64,000 nt of DNA. It comes from Trueperaceae bacterium (GTDB lineage: Bacteria; Deinococcota; Deinococci; Deinococcales; Trueperaceae). Each line of letters starts with the position of its first letter. Position 1 is the first letter of the stretch. Below the pieces are notes generated by a model. It worked only from the letters and a program-made list of their open reading frames with translations. It was not told the DNA's origin and ran no database searches. Made by a program: the position numbers and the translations under genes. Of the stretch, positions 8,921 to 18,905 are shown piece after piece. The stretch is from the NCBI GenBank assembly GCA_040905465.1, contig JBBDRK010000043.1, forward strand, positions 1 to 64,000, in the 5' to 3' direction.

Positions 8921-9570
8921 CGTGGCCGGTTCGCACTGCGTGCCGAAGCCAGGGTGGACACGAACGCTTTCGCCCTTGCCGCCAGTTCCGCCGGATCCTG
9001 CCCGGGCGCCCCCACCAGCGCGCTCCCCGCTCCCAGCGCCACGGCGCCCGCCGTTACATAATCGCCAAGGTTATCCGGCGTTATCCCGCCGGTGGGCACG
9101 AAGCCGATCCGATCCAGGGGAGCTCGCAGTGCCTTGAGATAGGACGGTCCGTTGACGTCGGCCGGGAACAGCTTCACCAGATGGCAACCGTGGGCGTAAG
9201 CGGTCTGCGCCTCGGTGGCGGTGAACACGCCAGGCAGGTGGAGAACTCCGGCCTGCAGCGAGAGGGAGACGCTGTCGCGGTCGAAGTTGGGAGAGACCAG
9301 AAATTGCGCGCCGGCGGCGATGGCGCTGGTGGCTTCGGCGGACTCGCGAACCGTGCCGGCACCGATCAACAGGTCTGGAAATCGCTTCCTTAGGAGTTCG
9401 AGGTGCCGCAGCGCGTCTCGACTGTTGAGGGTGACCTCCAGTGCGAAGATGCCGGTCCTAGCCAACGTTTCGGCGATCGTGACGACCTGGCTTTCGCTGT
9501 AGTCGCCACGGACTATCGCGATGATTCCTGTTTCCTTGACCCGCTCGGCGGTAACCTGGATTGAATTCAT
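8917..9570 (-). CDS. eda: KDPG/KHG aldolase
   Basis: IIAIVR, LEVTL, IGAGTV, AQFLVSP, VKLFPA, PTGGI. Confidence 0.92.
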   Translation of the reverse strand: MNSIQVTAERVKETGIIAIVRGDYSESQVVTIAETLARTGIFALEVTLNSRDALRHLELLRKRFPDLLIGAGTVRESAEATSAIAAGAQFLVSPNFDRDSVSLSLQAGVLHLPGVFTATEAQTAYAHGCHLVKLFPADVNGPSYLKALRAPLDRIGFVPTGGITPDNLGDYVTAGAVALGAGSALVGAPGQDPAELAARAKAFVSTLASARSANRPR

Positions 9571-9675
9571 GACCCTCCGGGCGGCGCGGCCGCCGCGACT
9601 GCAATTCTCGACGTGTTCGTTGTCGGGATGCCCTTCGTGAGCGGCCAGAGTGTATTGGCGGGACTCCCATTGCGG

Positions 9676-9694
9676 AGTTTCGTATAATGGAACT
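9676..9694. promoter_or_regulatory. IclR-type imperfect palindrome overlapping a TATAAT -10
   Basis: AGTTTCGTATAATGGAACT between divergent eda and the IclR gene. Confidence 0.5.
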
Positions 9695-9769
9695 AAGTTT
9701 CACTGTCAGTCGAGGGAATGCTACTATTGGCGGCGACGACTGTCAACCGGGCTGGGAGGTGGGTGAGCC

Positions 9770-10542
9770 GTGCCAGCGGTTGCGAGCAAGAACAGCGTTC
9801 TTACGAAATCGATCGCGGTGCTGGAGGTTTTCAGCGTTTCCGCCAAGCCCTGCGCTTTACCGATTTGGTTGACCGAACCGGTCTGCCCAAGGCGACGCTG
9901 CACCGGATCCTGTCCACGTTGCTGGAGGAGCGCCTGCTCCACTTCGACGGCACGAGCAAGTCGTACCGCCTGGGCATCCGCTTGATAACCTGGGCTCACA
10001 ACACCTGGCACGGTCTCGATATTCGGCACATAGCGGCCGAAGAGTTGAAGCACCTTGGCGAGCTGACCAACGAGACGATTCACCTAGCCATCCTCGACGG
10101 CGAGCGCACTGTCTACGTCGACAAGCACGAGAGCAGTCAGCAGGTCAGGATGTATTCAGCCGTCGGCAAGACCGGCCCGGTCCACTGCACCGGTGTCGGG
10201 AAGGTGATCGCTGCCTTTCTGGAGCCGACGGAGCGGGAAGCGCTGGTTGGGCAGCTGTCGTTCGACAGGTACACCGCCAGCACTATCACCGATCCCCGCT
10301 TGTTCATGACGGAACTCGACAGTATCCGTGAGTCCGGTTACGGCCGCGACGAGCGCGAACACGAAGACGAGATCAGGTGCATCGCCGCTCCCGTTCTCGA
10401 CCACCAGGGCAGGAGCGTGGCCAGCATCAGCATTTCCGCCCCCGCCTATCGGATCTCCGACGACAAGATCGAACAGTGGCTGCCTCAGCTTCTCGAATCG
10501 GTGCGGAAGGTGTCGGAGAATTACGCGCGGATTCTTCGTTGA
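9770..10542 (+). pseudogene. IclR family (KdgR-like) regulator with a 1-nt frameshift near 9850 (true lesion or sequencing error)
   Basis: GTG 9770 (GGAGGTG RBS) gives MPAVASKNSVLTKSIAVLEVFSVSAKP. LRFTDLVDRTGLPKATLHRIL...HCTGVGK continues in the -1 frame. Confidence 0.8.
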
Positions 10543-10699
10543 GGGAGGGGTGGGCGAGTAAGCGGAAGTAGCCGCCCCCACAAGGGATTTTAGCGGGTTC
10601 TAGCTCAGCTTATCCCTAGTCGATTCTGCAGCCGACACTAGAAGATATAGTTCCACCGGATCACCGGAACCGGGTGAAATTGTTCAGGGTGTTGACGAG

Positions 10700-12163
10700 C
10701 TACACCTTGGCTGGGTATGGCCGCCGCCAACCACGCTTGCCGAATGCCCCTTCGCCCAACGGTGTCGCCGCCTCCACGAACTTGTCGCGATTGGAAACCG
10801 TGATCGACGAGAGGATCTGGTCGAACAAGACTGCTTCCAGGCACTTCTGGACCGCGAGGAAAGCGTTTGAGTAGGCGAGGTTTGTCTGCTCCTGCGGATC
10901 TTTGACGATGTCGAAGAGTCCCACCCGCCCATTCTGGTACCGGCACAACTTCCAGCGGTCGTCGGTCACCATGCAGCCCAGGTTCGTCGACCCGAATACG
11001 AACTCCCTCGGCTCGCCCTCCGCTGCCAACCCTAAACCCGGCAGCGGGACCGAATCGGTAACCGCCGGTCCAGGTTCGACGCCGGCAGCGGTGAGCATGG
11101 TTGCCGTCACGTCGGTCAGGGAGACCGTAGTGTCCACGCGGTTCCGACTTGGCCGGTGCGGGGTCCTGACGATTAGGGGAACTCGGATGCTCGACTCGTA
11201 GAACAGCTGTTTGCCGATCAGGTCGAAGTCGCCCAACAGATCGCCGTGATCGGACGAGACGATGATCCAGGTTCGCTCCAACTGGCCCGTGCGCTCGAGC
11301 GACTGGACAATCCGACCAACGGCATCGTCGAGCAGCTTCACCAGACCGGCGTAGTGGGCGCGGACCGTGCGCTTCTGGGCCTCGGAAAAGGTCCCGTAGT
11401 CGACCTGGTTCCACGGCTTCAGTTTGTGCCTGACGAACTCCTCCTTGAACGACCCGCTTAGTTCGGTAGGCGAAATGCTGGGGGGCATATCGTTCGGCGA
11501 GAAGCGGTCAGCATAACCGGCCGGCGGATCGTAGGGGCAGTGGGGACTGGGCAGTCCCACCATCAGCGCGAAAGGCGTCGATGCGGGAGCGTCTTCCAGG
11601 AAATCGCAGGTTCGGTCGGAGACCCAGTTGTCGACGTAGTGCTCCGCCGGGATCAGGCTGACCACCGCTCCCTTGTTCTCGAAATACCCCTCGTGCTCGT
11701 TGCCGTGATACTTCCTGAAGCCTTGGCGCCAAAGGTACTCCGCGTAGTCGTCCTCGATGCCGATGTGCCGTTTGTCCTCTGCAATCACCCGGTGGTCGAA
11801 ACCCTGACGGGAGTCCCACGGGTAGAAGTGCATCTTGCCGATCGCCTCGGTGTGATAGCCCTGTTCCGAAAGGCGGGCGGGCCAGGTCCTTATCCCGAGC
11901 TGTTCCAGGTCGGGCCTATGCCAGTAGCGGTTCGTCATCACCCCATCTTCGATGGCATTGCGTCCGCTGAGCAGGGCTGCCCGTGCCGGGACGCAGATTG
12001 GCGACGGGGAGATCGCCCGGGAATAGAGGACGCCATCCTTGGCCAGGGCGTCGATGTGCGGCGTTTCGATGAACTGGGCGCCGTAGCAGCTCAGGAAGTC
12101 CGGGCGTAGTTGGTCCGCCAGGATGAACACGATATTCGTCTGTTCTTCGCCAGGGGCGTTCAC
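10700..12163 (-). CDS. Cys-type formylglycine-dependent sulfatase
   Basis: NIVFILADQ, CVPARAALLSG, GKMH, PHCPYD, SDHGD; start taken at GTG 12163. Confidence 0.92.
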   Translation of the reverse strand: MNAPGEEQTNIVFILADQLRPDFLSCYGAQFIETPHIDALAKDGVLYSRAISPSPICVPARAALLSGRNAIEDGVMTNRYWHRPDLEQLGIRTWPARLSEQGYHTEAIGKMHFYPWDSRQGFDHRVIAEDKRHIGIEDDYAEYLWRQGFRKYHGNEHEGYFENKGAVVSLIPAEHYVDNWVSDRTCDFLEDAPASTPFALMVGLPSPHCPYDPPAGYADRFSPNDMPPSISPTELSGSFKEEFVRHKLKPWNQVDYGTFSEAQKRTVRAHYAGLVKLLDDAVGRIVQSLERTGQLERTWIIVSSDHGDLLGDFDLIGKQLFYESSIRVPLIVRTPHRPSRNRVDTTVSLTDVTATMLTAAGVEPGPAVTDSVPLPGLGLAAEGEPREFVFGSTNLGCMVTDDRWKLCRYQNGRVGLFDIVKDPQEQTNLAYSNAFLAVQKCLEAVLFDQILSSITVSNRDKFVEAATPLGEGAFGKRGWRRPYPAKV

Positions 12164-12229
12164 GGTTAGATACCAGGGTAGCACAAAATGGAACACGACA
12201 CTCTGCCAAGAGAACCTTGTGAGGGCCGA

Positions 12230-12258
12230 TTGACACGAGCGCGAGCGATTGCTATGGT
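12230..12258 (+). promoter_or_regulatory. Sigma70-type promoter of the IclR/ABC operon
   Basis: TTGACA, 17 bp, then TATGGT with an extended TG. Confidence 0.7.
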
Positions 12259-12276
12259 TGATTCACTGAAAACAAG

Positions 12277-12295
12277 TGTTCCATGTAGTGGAACA
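12277..12295. promoter_or_regulatory. IclR-type operator palindrome
   Basis: TGTTCCA-tgtag-TGGAACA with perfect arms; a further TGGAACA half-site at 12189-12195. Confidence 0.7.
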
Positions 12296-12306
12296 GAAGG
12301 GGTCGG

Positions 12307-13050
12307 ATGCTGATAGACCGACTGGTCGACGTATTGGAGTGCTTCGAGCGAGGGAAACCGCTGGGTATCACCGAGATATCCGAGCAGACCTCCCTGGCCA
12401 AGGGAACGGTGCACCGGATCGTGACCAACCTCCGGCGCCGCGGATTCCTGGAACAGAAAACCGGAAGCAAGCGTTACCGGTTAGGTCCCCGCCTCCTGTC
12501 GCTCAGTGCCGTGGCCGCATCGCAGAACGACCTGGTGCAAAGATTGCTGCCGCAGATGATCCAGCTCCGGGACCAGATCGGGGAGACGGTCCTCCTCAGC
12601 ATTCGCCTCGACGAGCAGAGCCACTTCACTGCCTATCAGGTCGAGAGCTTCCACTCGATTCGGATGAGCGCGCAGATAGGCAAGCCGCGCCCGCTGTTTC
12701 TGGGCTGCGGAGGCAAGGCGATCCTCGCCTTCCGGCCCGTCGCCGAAAGGGATCGGCTGCTGGCCGGTTTCACCGGCTCTCAAACTGCCGCCGGGGAGTA
12801 CAGGACGAGCGATTCGATCCGTACCGACCTGGAGTCGATTCGGCGAGTCGGTTACTCCAAGTCGACCGAGGAGCTTACGCCCGGTGCGACCGGTGTAGGT
12901 GTTCCGATCTTCGACTTCGCAGGTGACGCGATCGCCAGCCTCTACATCGCCGGACCGCTACCGAGATTCTCGGAAACGGCCCAGGGCGAAGCGATCCGGG
13001 CACTCGAGTCGATGGCGCGCCAATCAGCGAGCGCTCGAGAAGCCGTGTAA
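12307..13050 (+). CDS. IclR family transcriptional regulator
   Basis: LGITEISEQTSLAKGTVHRIV HTH, YRLGPRL, GKAILAF, GVGVPIFD. Confidence 0.93.
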   Translation: MLIDRLVDVLECFERGKPLGITEISEQTSLAKGTVHRIVTNLRRRGFLEQKTGSKRYRLGPRLLSLSAVAASQNDLVQRLLPQMIQLRDQIGETVLLSIRLDEQSHFTAYQVESFHSIRMSAQIGKPRPLFLGCGGKAILAFRPVAERDRLLAGFTGSQTAAGEYRTSDSIRTDLESIRRVGYSKSTEELTPGATGVGVPIFDFAGDAIASLYIAGPLPRFSETAQGEAIRALESMARQSASAREAV

Positions 13051-13172
13051 CAGCGATTTTCCTTCACGACGATCTGCTTGACGCCGATTCACTGATTGAG
13101 AACGACCAAGGAGGTGGTAGCGCAAACTTTTCGGCCCCACAGGACCTCATCGAAGTAAGGGAGAACGTAATC

Positions 13173-14465
13173 ATGCCAAGACTGACCGTTCAAGTCTGCA
13201 GACTCCTCCTGGCACTTGTACTCGGACTCATCCTCGCGCCCTCTCAGGCGCTCGCCCAGGACAAGGAAATCACCGTCCTCATGCACTCTGTGCACCTCGG
13301 GGCGCTCGGCGGCGAGGAGGGCCTTATCCGTGAGTTCGAGGAGCAGACCGGAATCTCCCTGGATATAGTCACCGGCGGTACCAACCAGATCTACGAGCAG
13401 GCGTTGACGGCGTGGGTGGGTGGCGCCCAGACTTTCGACGCGATGATCTGGCTTCCCCGCTGGCTCACCGAGGACGTGGTGGACTTCTTCGAGCCTGTCG
13501 ACCCCTATTTGGAGAACGCGAGCGGCGAGTATGAAGTCGAGGACCTAATTCCCTCTCTGCTGGACGGTGGGCGTTTTCCTCGCGGTGACGGAACCGCCTA
13601 CCTGATCCCCTTCCGGGTCGGCGTGGCAATGCTCTACTACAACCAGGATCTGTTCGCCCAAGCGGGCCTTGAGGCGCCTACGAACTGGCAGGAGTTCAGG
13701 GAAGCTGCCCTGGCGCTTAGCCAGGACACCGACGGCGACGGCACTACCGACGTCTACGGTTGGGGCCAGCGGGGCATTACTAGGGAAGTCGCCGAGGACT
13801 TCTACCGCGTCGGCTTCGGCTTCGGCGGTGAGATGCTCTCGGCCGATCTTTCCCAGTGCACGATGAACAGTCAGCCGTGGGTGGACGCCTTGACACTGTG
13901 GGTCGACATGTTCGAACAGGGTGCCCTGCCACCCGATCTGCTCGCCTGGGGTCGCGACGACTACATCCTCGGCATGCAGCAGGGCGACGTGGCGATGTCC
14001 ATTATGTACGGTCCCTACTGGGGACTGCTTACCAATCCGGAGGACTCTGAAATTGCTGACGGCGTAGGCTGGACCGTCGTTCCCAGCGCTCCCGGCGTCG
14101 AAGAAGGCCGTACTCAGTACTCGGCGTGGAGTTGGGGAATCAGCGGAGACAGCGATCAGAAGGACGCCGCCTGGCAGTTCATCCAGTTCGCCACCAATAA
14201 GGAAAACCAGCTAATAGCGGCGCTCGAGTACGACAACGGCCCTACGCGCGCGTCCGTCTACCAGGATCAGCAGTACCAGGAGCGGTTCCCGGTTGCGGCC
14301 GGATGGCTCGAGGCGCTGCGTTCCTCCTCGCAGGTCGTTGCTCACGCCGACTTGCCGCGAATGGACGACATCATCAGCGAGGAACTGCACAACGCGTTGC
14401 AGGGCAACAAGTCGCCACAAGAGGCACTCGACGGCGCGTGCCGACGGATACAGCCGCTCCTCTAG
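13173..14465 (+). CDS. Carbohydrate ABC transporter substrate-binding protein
   Basis: Signal peptide ending ALAQ, LYYNQDLF, PTNWQEF, AAWQFIQF. Confidence 0.92.
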   Translation: MPRLTVQVCRLLLALVLGLILAPSQALAQDKEITVLMHSVHLGALGGEEGLIREFEEQTGISLDIVTGGTNQIYEQALTAWVGGAQTFDAMIWLPRWLTEDVVDFFEPVDPYLENASGEYEVEDLIPSLLDGGRFPRGDGTAYLIPFRVGVAMLYYNQDLFAQAGLEAPTNWQEFREAALALSQDTDGDGTTDVYGWGQRGITREVAEDFYRVGFGFGGEMLSADLSQCTMNSQPWVDALTLWVDMFEQGALPPDLLAWGRDDYILGMQQGDVAMSIMYGPYWGLLTNPEDSEIADGVGWTVVPSAPGVEEGRTQYSAWSWGISGDSDQKDAAWQFIQFATNKENQLIAALEYDNGPTRASVYQDQQYQERFPVAAGWLEALRSSSQVVAHADLPRMDDIISEELHNALQGNKSPQEALDGACRRIQPLL

Positions 14466-14483
14466 GAGCGAGCGTAGTCGCGC

Positions 14484-14506
14484 GGGCGCTGCATACGGCA
14501 GCGCCC
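14484..14506 (+). terminator. Stem-loop after the SBP gene (mRNA stabiliser or partial terminator)
   Basis: GGGCGCTGC-atacg-GCAGCGCCC, 9-bp stem, no U-tract. Confidence 0.5.
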
Positions 14507-14565
14507 AGGCGGCTATCGGAAGGAGATCGCTTGCGCGATTCTCCTGACTCCCGGAGCCAAGAAAC

Positions 14566-15498
14566 ATGGACACAAGTGTGACCGGCATTCCCGAGGACGT
14601 CGCGGCCGTGCGCTCGAGACTCTGGAGGAGACGACTAAAACTGCTGGTGCCTTATCTGCTGATTCTGCCGGCCTATACCCTCCTGGCGTTCTTGCTGCTT
14701 TATCCGATGGTCAGCAATTTTTACCTCTCTGTGTGGGAATGGCGGCTCACCAACCCCTCTGCCCGCACGTTCGCGGGCCTGCAAAACTATCTCGACCTGT
14801 TCCAGACGCAGGGCTTCACACGCAGCCTCTTTTTCACGCTCCTGTTCACCGGGGCAACCGTCGCCCTGTCGTTCGTCCTGGGCTTCTTGAGCGCCCTGCT
14901 GCTATTCTCGTTCGCGTCGGTCCAGCGGGTGGTGACGCCGCTGCTGATCCTGCCGTACATGGTTGCGCCGATCGCCGTAGGGCTCATCTGGCGGCTGATG
15001 TGGAACATGGAGTACGGGCCGGTGAACTACTTCGGCAGCCTGCTCGGGCTGTCCGCAGTCAACTGGTTGGGCAGCGTAAACACGGCAGTCGTCGCGGTCA
15101 TCGTCTCGGAGGTCTGGCGTACGACCCCCTTCGTGATGCTGATCCTGCTGGCAGGTCTGTCTGCAATTCCCACCGAGGTGTACGAAGCCGCCAAGGTCGA
15201 CGGGGCCAGGGGGCTCCAGGTCCTCCGGCACGTCACTTTGCCCTTGCTGGCGCCGTCGATTACGGTCGCGCTCATATTCGAGACCATCTTCAAGCTCCGC
15301 GTCTTCGACCTGATCTACACCCTCACCGGCGGCGGGCCGGCTTCCTCCACCACTCCGTTGGGGCTGCTCATCTATAACACTTACTTCCGCTACCTGAACG
15401 GCGGTCAATCGGCCGCGCTGTCCGTCGTGCTGTTCGGACTGGGCCTGGTAATCTGCATCGTCTACATCAAGACTCTCTATCGCACCTGGGAAGCTTGA
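14566..15498 (+). CDS. Carbohydrate ABC transporter permease
   Basis: Multiple TM helices, EAA loop YEAAKVDGA, LTGGGP. Confidence 0.93.
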   Translation: MDTSVTGIPEDVAAVRSRLWRRRLKLLVPYLLILPAYTLLAFLLLYPMVSNFYLSVWEWRLTNPSARTFAGLQNYLDLFQTQGFTRSLFFTLLFTGATVALSFVLGFLSALLLFSFASVQRVVTPLLILPYMVAPIAVGLIWRLMWNMEYGPVNYFGSLLGLSAVNWLGSVNTAVVAVIVSEVWRTTPFVMLILLAGLSAIPTEVYEAAKVDGARGLQVLRHVTLPLLAPSITVALIFETIFKLRVFDLIYTLTGGGPASSTTPLGLLIYNTYFRYLNGGQSAALSVVLFGLGLVICIVYIKTLYRTWEA

Positions 15499-16325
15499 GC
15501 GTGCTCACATCGCGACGTATTTCTACTTTCGGCCGCCTCGTCCTGTTGCTCGCCCTGCTCGTCTTCGCGCTGTTGCCCATCGTCTGGATCGTGCTCACGT
15601 CGTTCAAGAACCGTCTGGACGTGTTCGCCGTCCCGCCCAAGCTGATCTTCACCCCGCAGTTCGGCTCCTACGTGAAGATCTTCAATGACCCGGCAGTCGT
15701 CGACAAGCTCGTCAACAGCCTGCTCATAGCGGGGCTGAGCGTCACGCTGACGCTGGCTCTCAGCAGCCTAGCCGCCTACTCGTTCTCACGCTTCAGCTTC
15801 GCCGGCCGCAGCCAACTGCTCATCGGCATTCTAGCCACGAGACTCATGCCACCGGTAACGGCGGTGATTCCGCTCTTCATCCTCTTCCAGGGCTGGGGCC
15901 TAATCGACACCCACCTTGGGCTGATCCTGATCTACAGCGCGCTGAACATACCTCTCGCTACCTGGATGATGAAGAGCTTCTTCGACAGCGTCCCCAGAGA
16001 GCTCGAGGAGTCGGCCAGGATCGATGGAACGACCTGGTTTGGCGCCCTCTGGCGCGTGACGCTGCCGCTGGCAGCCCCGGGAATTGCAGCTACCTCCGTC
16101 TTCATCTTCACTTTGGCCTGGAACGAGTTCATGTTCGCCTTCATCTTTACGAGCAGGAACGCCAGGACCCTGCCGGCGTTGTTGGCCGAAACCCTGGGCG
16201 AGCTGCAGATCTACTGGTCCGACATGGCAGCCCTGTCGACCCTGATAATGATTCCCCCGCTGCTGTTCAGCTTCTACATGCAACGTCGCCTCGTTGCCGG
16301 CCTCCAGACCGGCGCACTCAAGTAA
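15495..16325 (+). CDS. Carbohydrate ABC transporter permease
   Basis: ELEESARIDG, AWNEF, ends GLQTGALK. Confidence 0.93.
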   Translation: MSVLTSRRISTFGRLVLLLALLVFALLPIVWIVLTSFKNRLDVFAVPPKLIFTPQFGSYVKIFNDPAVVDKLVNSLLIAGLSVTLTLALSSLAAYSFSRFSFAGRSQLLIGILATRLMPPVTAVIPLFILFQGWGLIDTHLGLILIYSALNIPLATWMMKSFFDSVPRELEESARIDGTTWFGALWRVTLPLAAPGIAATSVFIFTLAWNEFMFAFIFTSRNARTLPALLAETLGELQIYWSDMAALSTLIMIPPLLFSFYMQRRLVAGLQTGALK

Positions 16326-16337
16326 GGAGCCTATTTG

Positions 16338-16727
16338 ATGGTCAGTGTCTACCAGAAGGAGTCGACCGGTTTTCTGCACGGCGCGGCGGAGCAGCTGCCG
16401 GTAACCATCGTCGAACCCGACGGCGTTGGGGAGATCAACATGGGCTGCGGTTGGTATCGAGTAGCACCCGGCAAGGAGTGCAAGCTGCACGTTCACCAGC
16501 GCAAGACCGAGACCTGGTTCATCGTGCAGGGAAGCGGACTCCTGAGGCTGGGCGACGACGAGGTCGAGGTAAGCGCTGGCTGCGCCATCTTCACCCCGCC
16601 GGGCACGCCCCACTCGATCAGGAACACGGGAAAAGAGCCGATCCTGTTCGTGGACGTCACCTACCCGCGAATCGGCAGAGACCCGGAAACGGGCATGCCA
16701 CTGGATTCTACGGACCTCGAGGAGTAG
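16338..16727 (+). CDS. Cupin domain protein
   Basis: HVHQ..ETWFIVQGSG and PPGTPHSIRN cupin motifs; AAGGAG RBS. Confidence 0.88.
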   Translation: MVSVYQKESTGFLHGAAEQLPVTIVEPDGVGEINMGCGWYRVAPGKECKLHVHQRKTETWFIVQGSGLLRLGDDEVEVSAGCAIFTPPGTPHSIRNTGKEPILFVDVTYPRIGRDPETGMPLDSTDLEE

Positions 16728-16730
16728 TCG

Positions 16731-17678
16731 GTGAGTTCGCAAAAAGGGCGTGTGCTGATAACGGGCGGTTCCGGCTTCGTTGGCGCACACATCGCCAATC
16801 GTTTCCTCGCGGGGGGGTGGGAGGTTGTCCTGTTCGACCTGCGGCCGCCGGAGCTGGAGCTACCTCCCGCCTTCCCGCGCGCGGTCGAGTTCGTTCAGGG
16901 GAACGTACTGGGAGTAGATGAACTGGCAGAGGCTATTTCTGCGCACTCGATTAACGGCATCGTCCACAGTGCGGCAGTAGTGGGCGACGTTCGGGCAGAG
17001 GAGCAACCGGCCCTGGCCTTCGACATCAACGTGCGAGGCACCTTCAACGCGCTCGAGGCTGCGCGCCTGAGGAATCTCCGCTTCACCTATATCTCTACCG
17101 CCACCCTTTACGGGCAAAAGGAAGACAGGGAACCGGTGCGGGAAAGCGATCTGCCCGATCCGGTAGGCATGTACGACGGCACCAAGTACATGGGCGAGGT
17201 GCTGGCGCACAGCTACCACAAGGCGTACGCGGTGGACGCGGTTTCACTGCGCCCCGGTTTCCTCTACGGTCCTGGCTCGAACATCGGCCACTACTATCTG
17301 GATCGATTGGTTCGGGGAGAGTCTCTGCGGGGGGTACCGGGGGCAGACCACTACTGCGACTTCACCTACATCAAGGACTTCGCCGAGGGGGTGTATCTCG
17401 CTCACACGACCCGACCCCTCGCGAATCGAGTCTTCAACATCTCCAGCCGGCAGTACTTTTCGCGTGCCCACTTCGCCAAGGTGGTCGCCACCGTGTTGGG
17501 CGGTGATGTCGAGATAAAGCTGGGCTCGGGGTTGCCTGCGCGCGCTCACCAGCGGGGCCCGTCCGACAACAGCCGGGCCGCAGCAGAGTTCGGTTACGAG
17601 CCGCGCTACGACCTAGAAGCAGGGCTCCGCGACTGGTTGGCCTGGCTTCGAAAACAAGAATCGCAGGGAGTTCGATGA
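16731..17678 (+). CDS. NAD-dependent epimerase/dehydratase
   Basis: ITGGSGFVG, HSAA, YDGTK, DFTYIKD. Confidence 0.9.
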   Translation: MSSQKGRVLITGGSGFVGAHIANRFLAGGWEVVLFDLRPPELELPPAFPRAVEFVQGNVLGVDELAEAISAHSINGIVHSAAVVGDVRAEEQPALAFDINVRGTFNALEAARLRNLRFTYISTATLYGQKEDREPVRESDLPDPVGMYDGTKYMGEVLAHSYHKAYAVDAVSLRPGFLYGPGSNIGHYYLDRLVRGESLRGVPGADHYCDFTYIKDFAEGVYLAHTTRPLANRVFNISSRQYFSRAHFAKVVATVLGGDVEIKLGSGLPARAHQRGPSDNSRAAAEFGYEPRYDLEAGLRDWLAWLRKQESQGVR

Positions 17679-18487
17679 TGGACGACAAGGAGCATCAAGG
17701 GGCCATGGCCGTGAAGGGCTTGCAGGGAGAAGTCGCGATCGTCACCGGCGCCAGCCGGGGCCTGGGACGTGCGGCGGCCATCGACCTGGCTCGTGCCGGC
17801 GCGGTTACCGTCGTCACTTCCAGGAGCCTGGAGGCCTGCCAGGAGACAGTTGCCGAGATTCGTTCGGCCGGCGGAGAAGCCTTCGCGCGGGCCTGCGACA
17901 TCGCGGACCAGGGGAGCGCCGAGGAGCTGATCTCGGAGGTCGTTGGGGACCACGGCGATCTCTCGATACTGATCAACAACGCCGGGGTGATCGAGCCGAT
18001 CGCACTTACCGGCGAAGGGGATCCCGACGCCTGGCAACGGCTCATCCAGATCAATCTCGTGGGGTGCTACAACGCGATCCGTTTCTCCCTGCCGTACTTC
18101 AGCAGGAAAGGGCGCGGAGTGATCGTCAATATCAGCTCCGGCGCCGCTCACAAGCCGATGGAGGGCTGGAGTGCCTACTGCACCAGCAAAGCCGGCCTGG
18201 CGATGCTTACCCGCTGCACCGCTCAGGAGTACGGCGAGAGCGGCGTTCGCTCGTACGGCTTCCTGCCCGGTGTAGTCGACACCGAGATGCAGGTGAAGAT
18301 TCGGGCCTCCGGAGTCAACGAGGTGAGCCGGATCCCACGAGAGAACCTGCTGGGCGCGGACCGTCCTGCCCGGGTCATCACCCGGTTGTGCGAGGAACGC
18401 CCGGAAGACCTGAACGGTGAAGACCTGTCGATCCGGGATCGGGAGTTCCTCGAGCGTTTGGGATTGGGCGAGCTTCATGGCGGATAG
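17675..18487 (+). CDS. SDR oxidoreductase
   Basis: TGASRGLG, NNAG, YCTSK, PGVVDTEMQ. Confidence 0.9.
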   Translation: MMDDKEHQGAMAVKGLQGEVAIVTGASRGLGRAAAIDLARAGAVTVVTSRSLEACQETVAEIRSAGGEAFARACDIADQGSAEELISEVVGDHGDLSILINNAGVIEPIALTGEGDPDAWQRLIQINLVGCYNAIRFSLPYFSRKGRGVIVNISSGAAHKPMEGWSAYCTSKAGLAMLTRCTAQEYGESGVRSYGFLPGVVDTEMQVKIRASGVNEVSRIPRENLLGADRPARVITRLCEERPEDLNGEDLSIRDREFLERLGLGELHGG

Positions 18488-18875
18488 CCGGCCGAAAGCG
18501 GTGGTGACCGATCACAGCTTTCCGGACGTGCAGCAGGAACGGGAGTCGGTTACCCGATTCCGTGCTCGCTTCGAGACGTATCAGAGTGCGAGTGAGACCG
18601 AGGTGGCTGAGGCGGTGAACGGCGCCAAGGTTGTTCTGGCACAGTTAGCTCCCGTCTCCCGGTGGGCCCTCGAAGTGATGGGCGCGGGTGGGATCGTAGT
18701 TTGCTACAGCGTGGGCGTCGACAATATTGACCTTGCAGCGGGCCGTCGAGTTCGCCAAGGACGTGATATCCAGCTCTAGGATCCGCTTTGCATAGAGATG
18801 TTTCTCGACAACCTCGATCACTACCGGGCGGGCGAGCCGCGGCGCATCGTGGTCGACAAGGGACGAGGGTGCCGA
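18477..18875 (+). pseudogene. D-2-hydroxyacid dehydrogenase remnant lacking the NAD-binding domain
   Basis: N-terminus AVVTDHSF...YSVGVDNIDLAA, stop at 18777-18779, then an in-frame C-terminal motif MFLDNLDHYRAGEPRRIVVDKGRG. Confidence 0.7.
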
Positions 18876-18905
18876 GCGCGTGGCTACTGGTATAGTCCCG
18901 AACAC

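Noticed and set aside
10593-10660. tRNA-like start GCGGGTTCTAGCTCAGCT
   Set aside because: No D-loop GG, anticodon arm, TTCG arm or matching acceptor stem could be built.
18798-18905. N-terminal extension of the HpcH aldolase
   Set aside because: It is the eroded tail of an upstream dehydrogenase remnant, not part of the aldolase.
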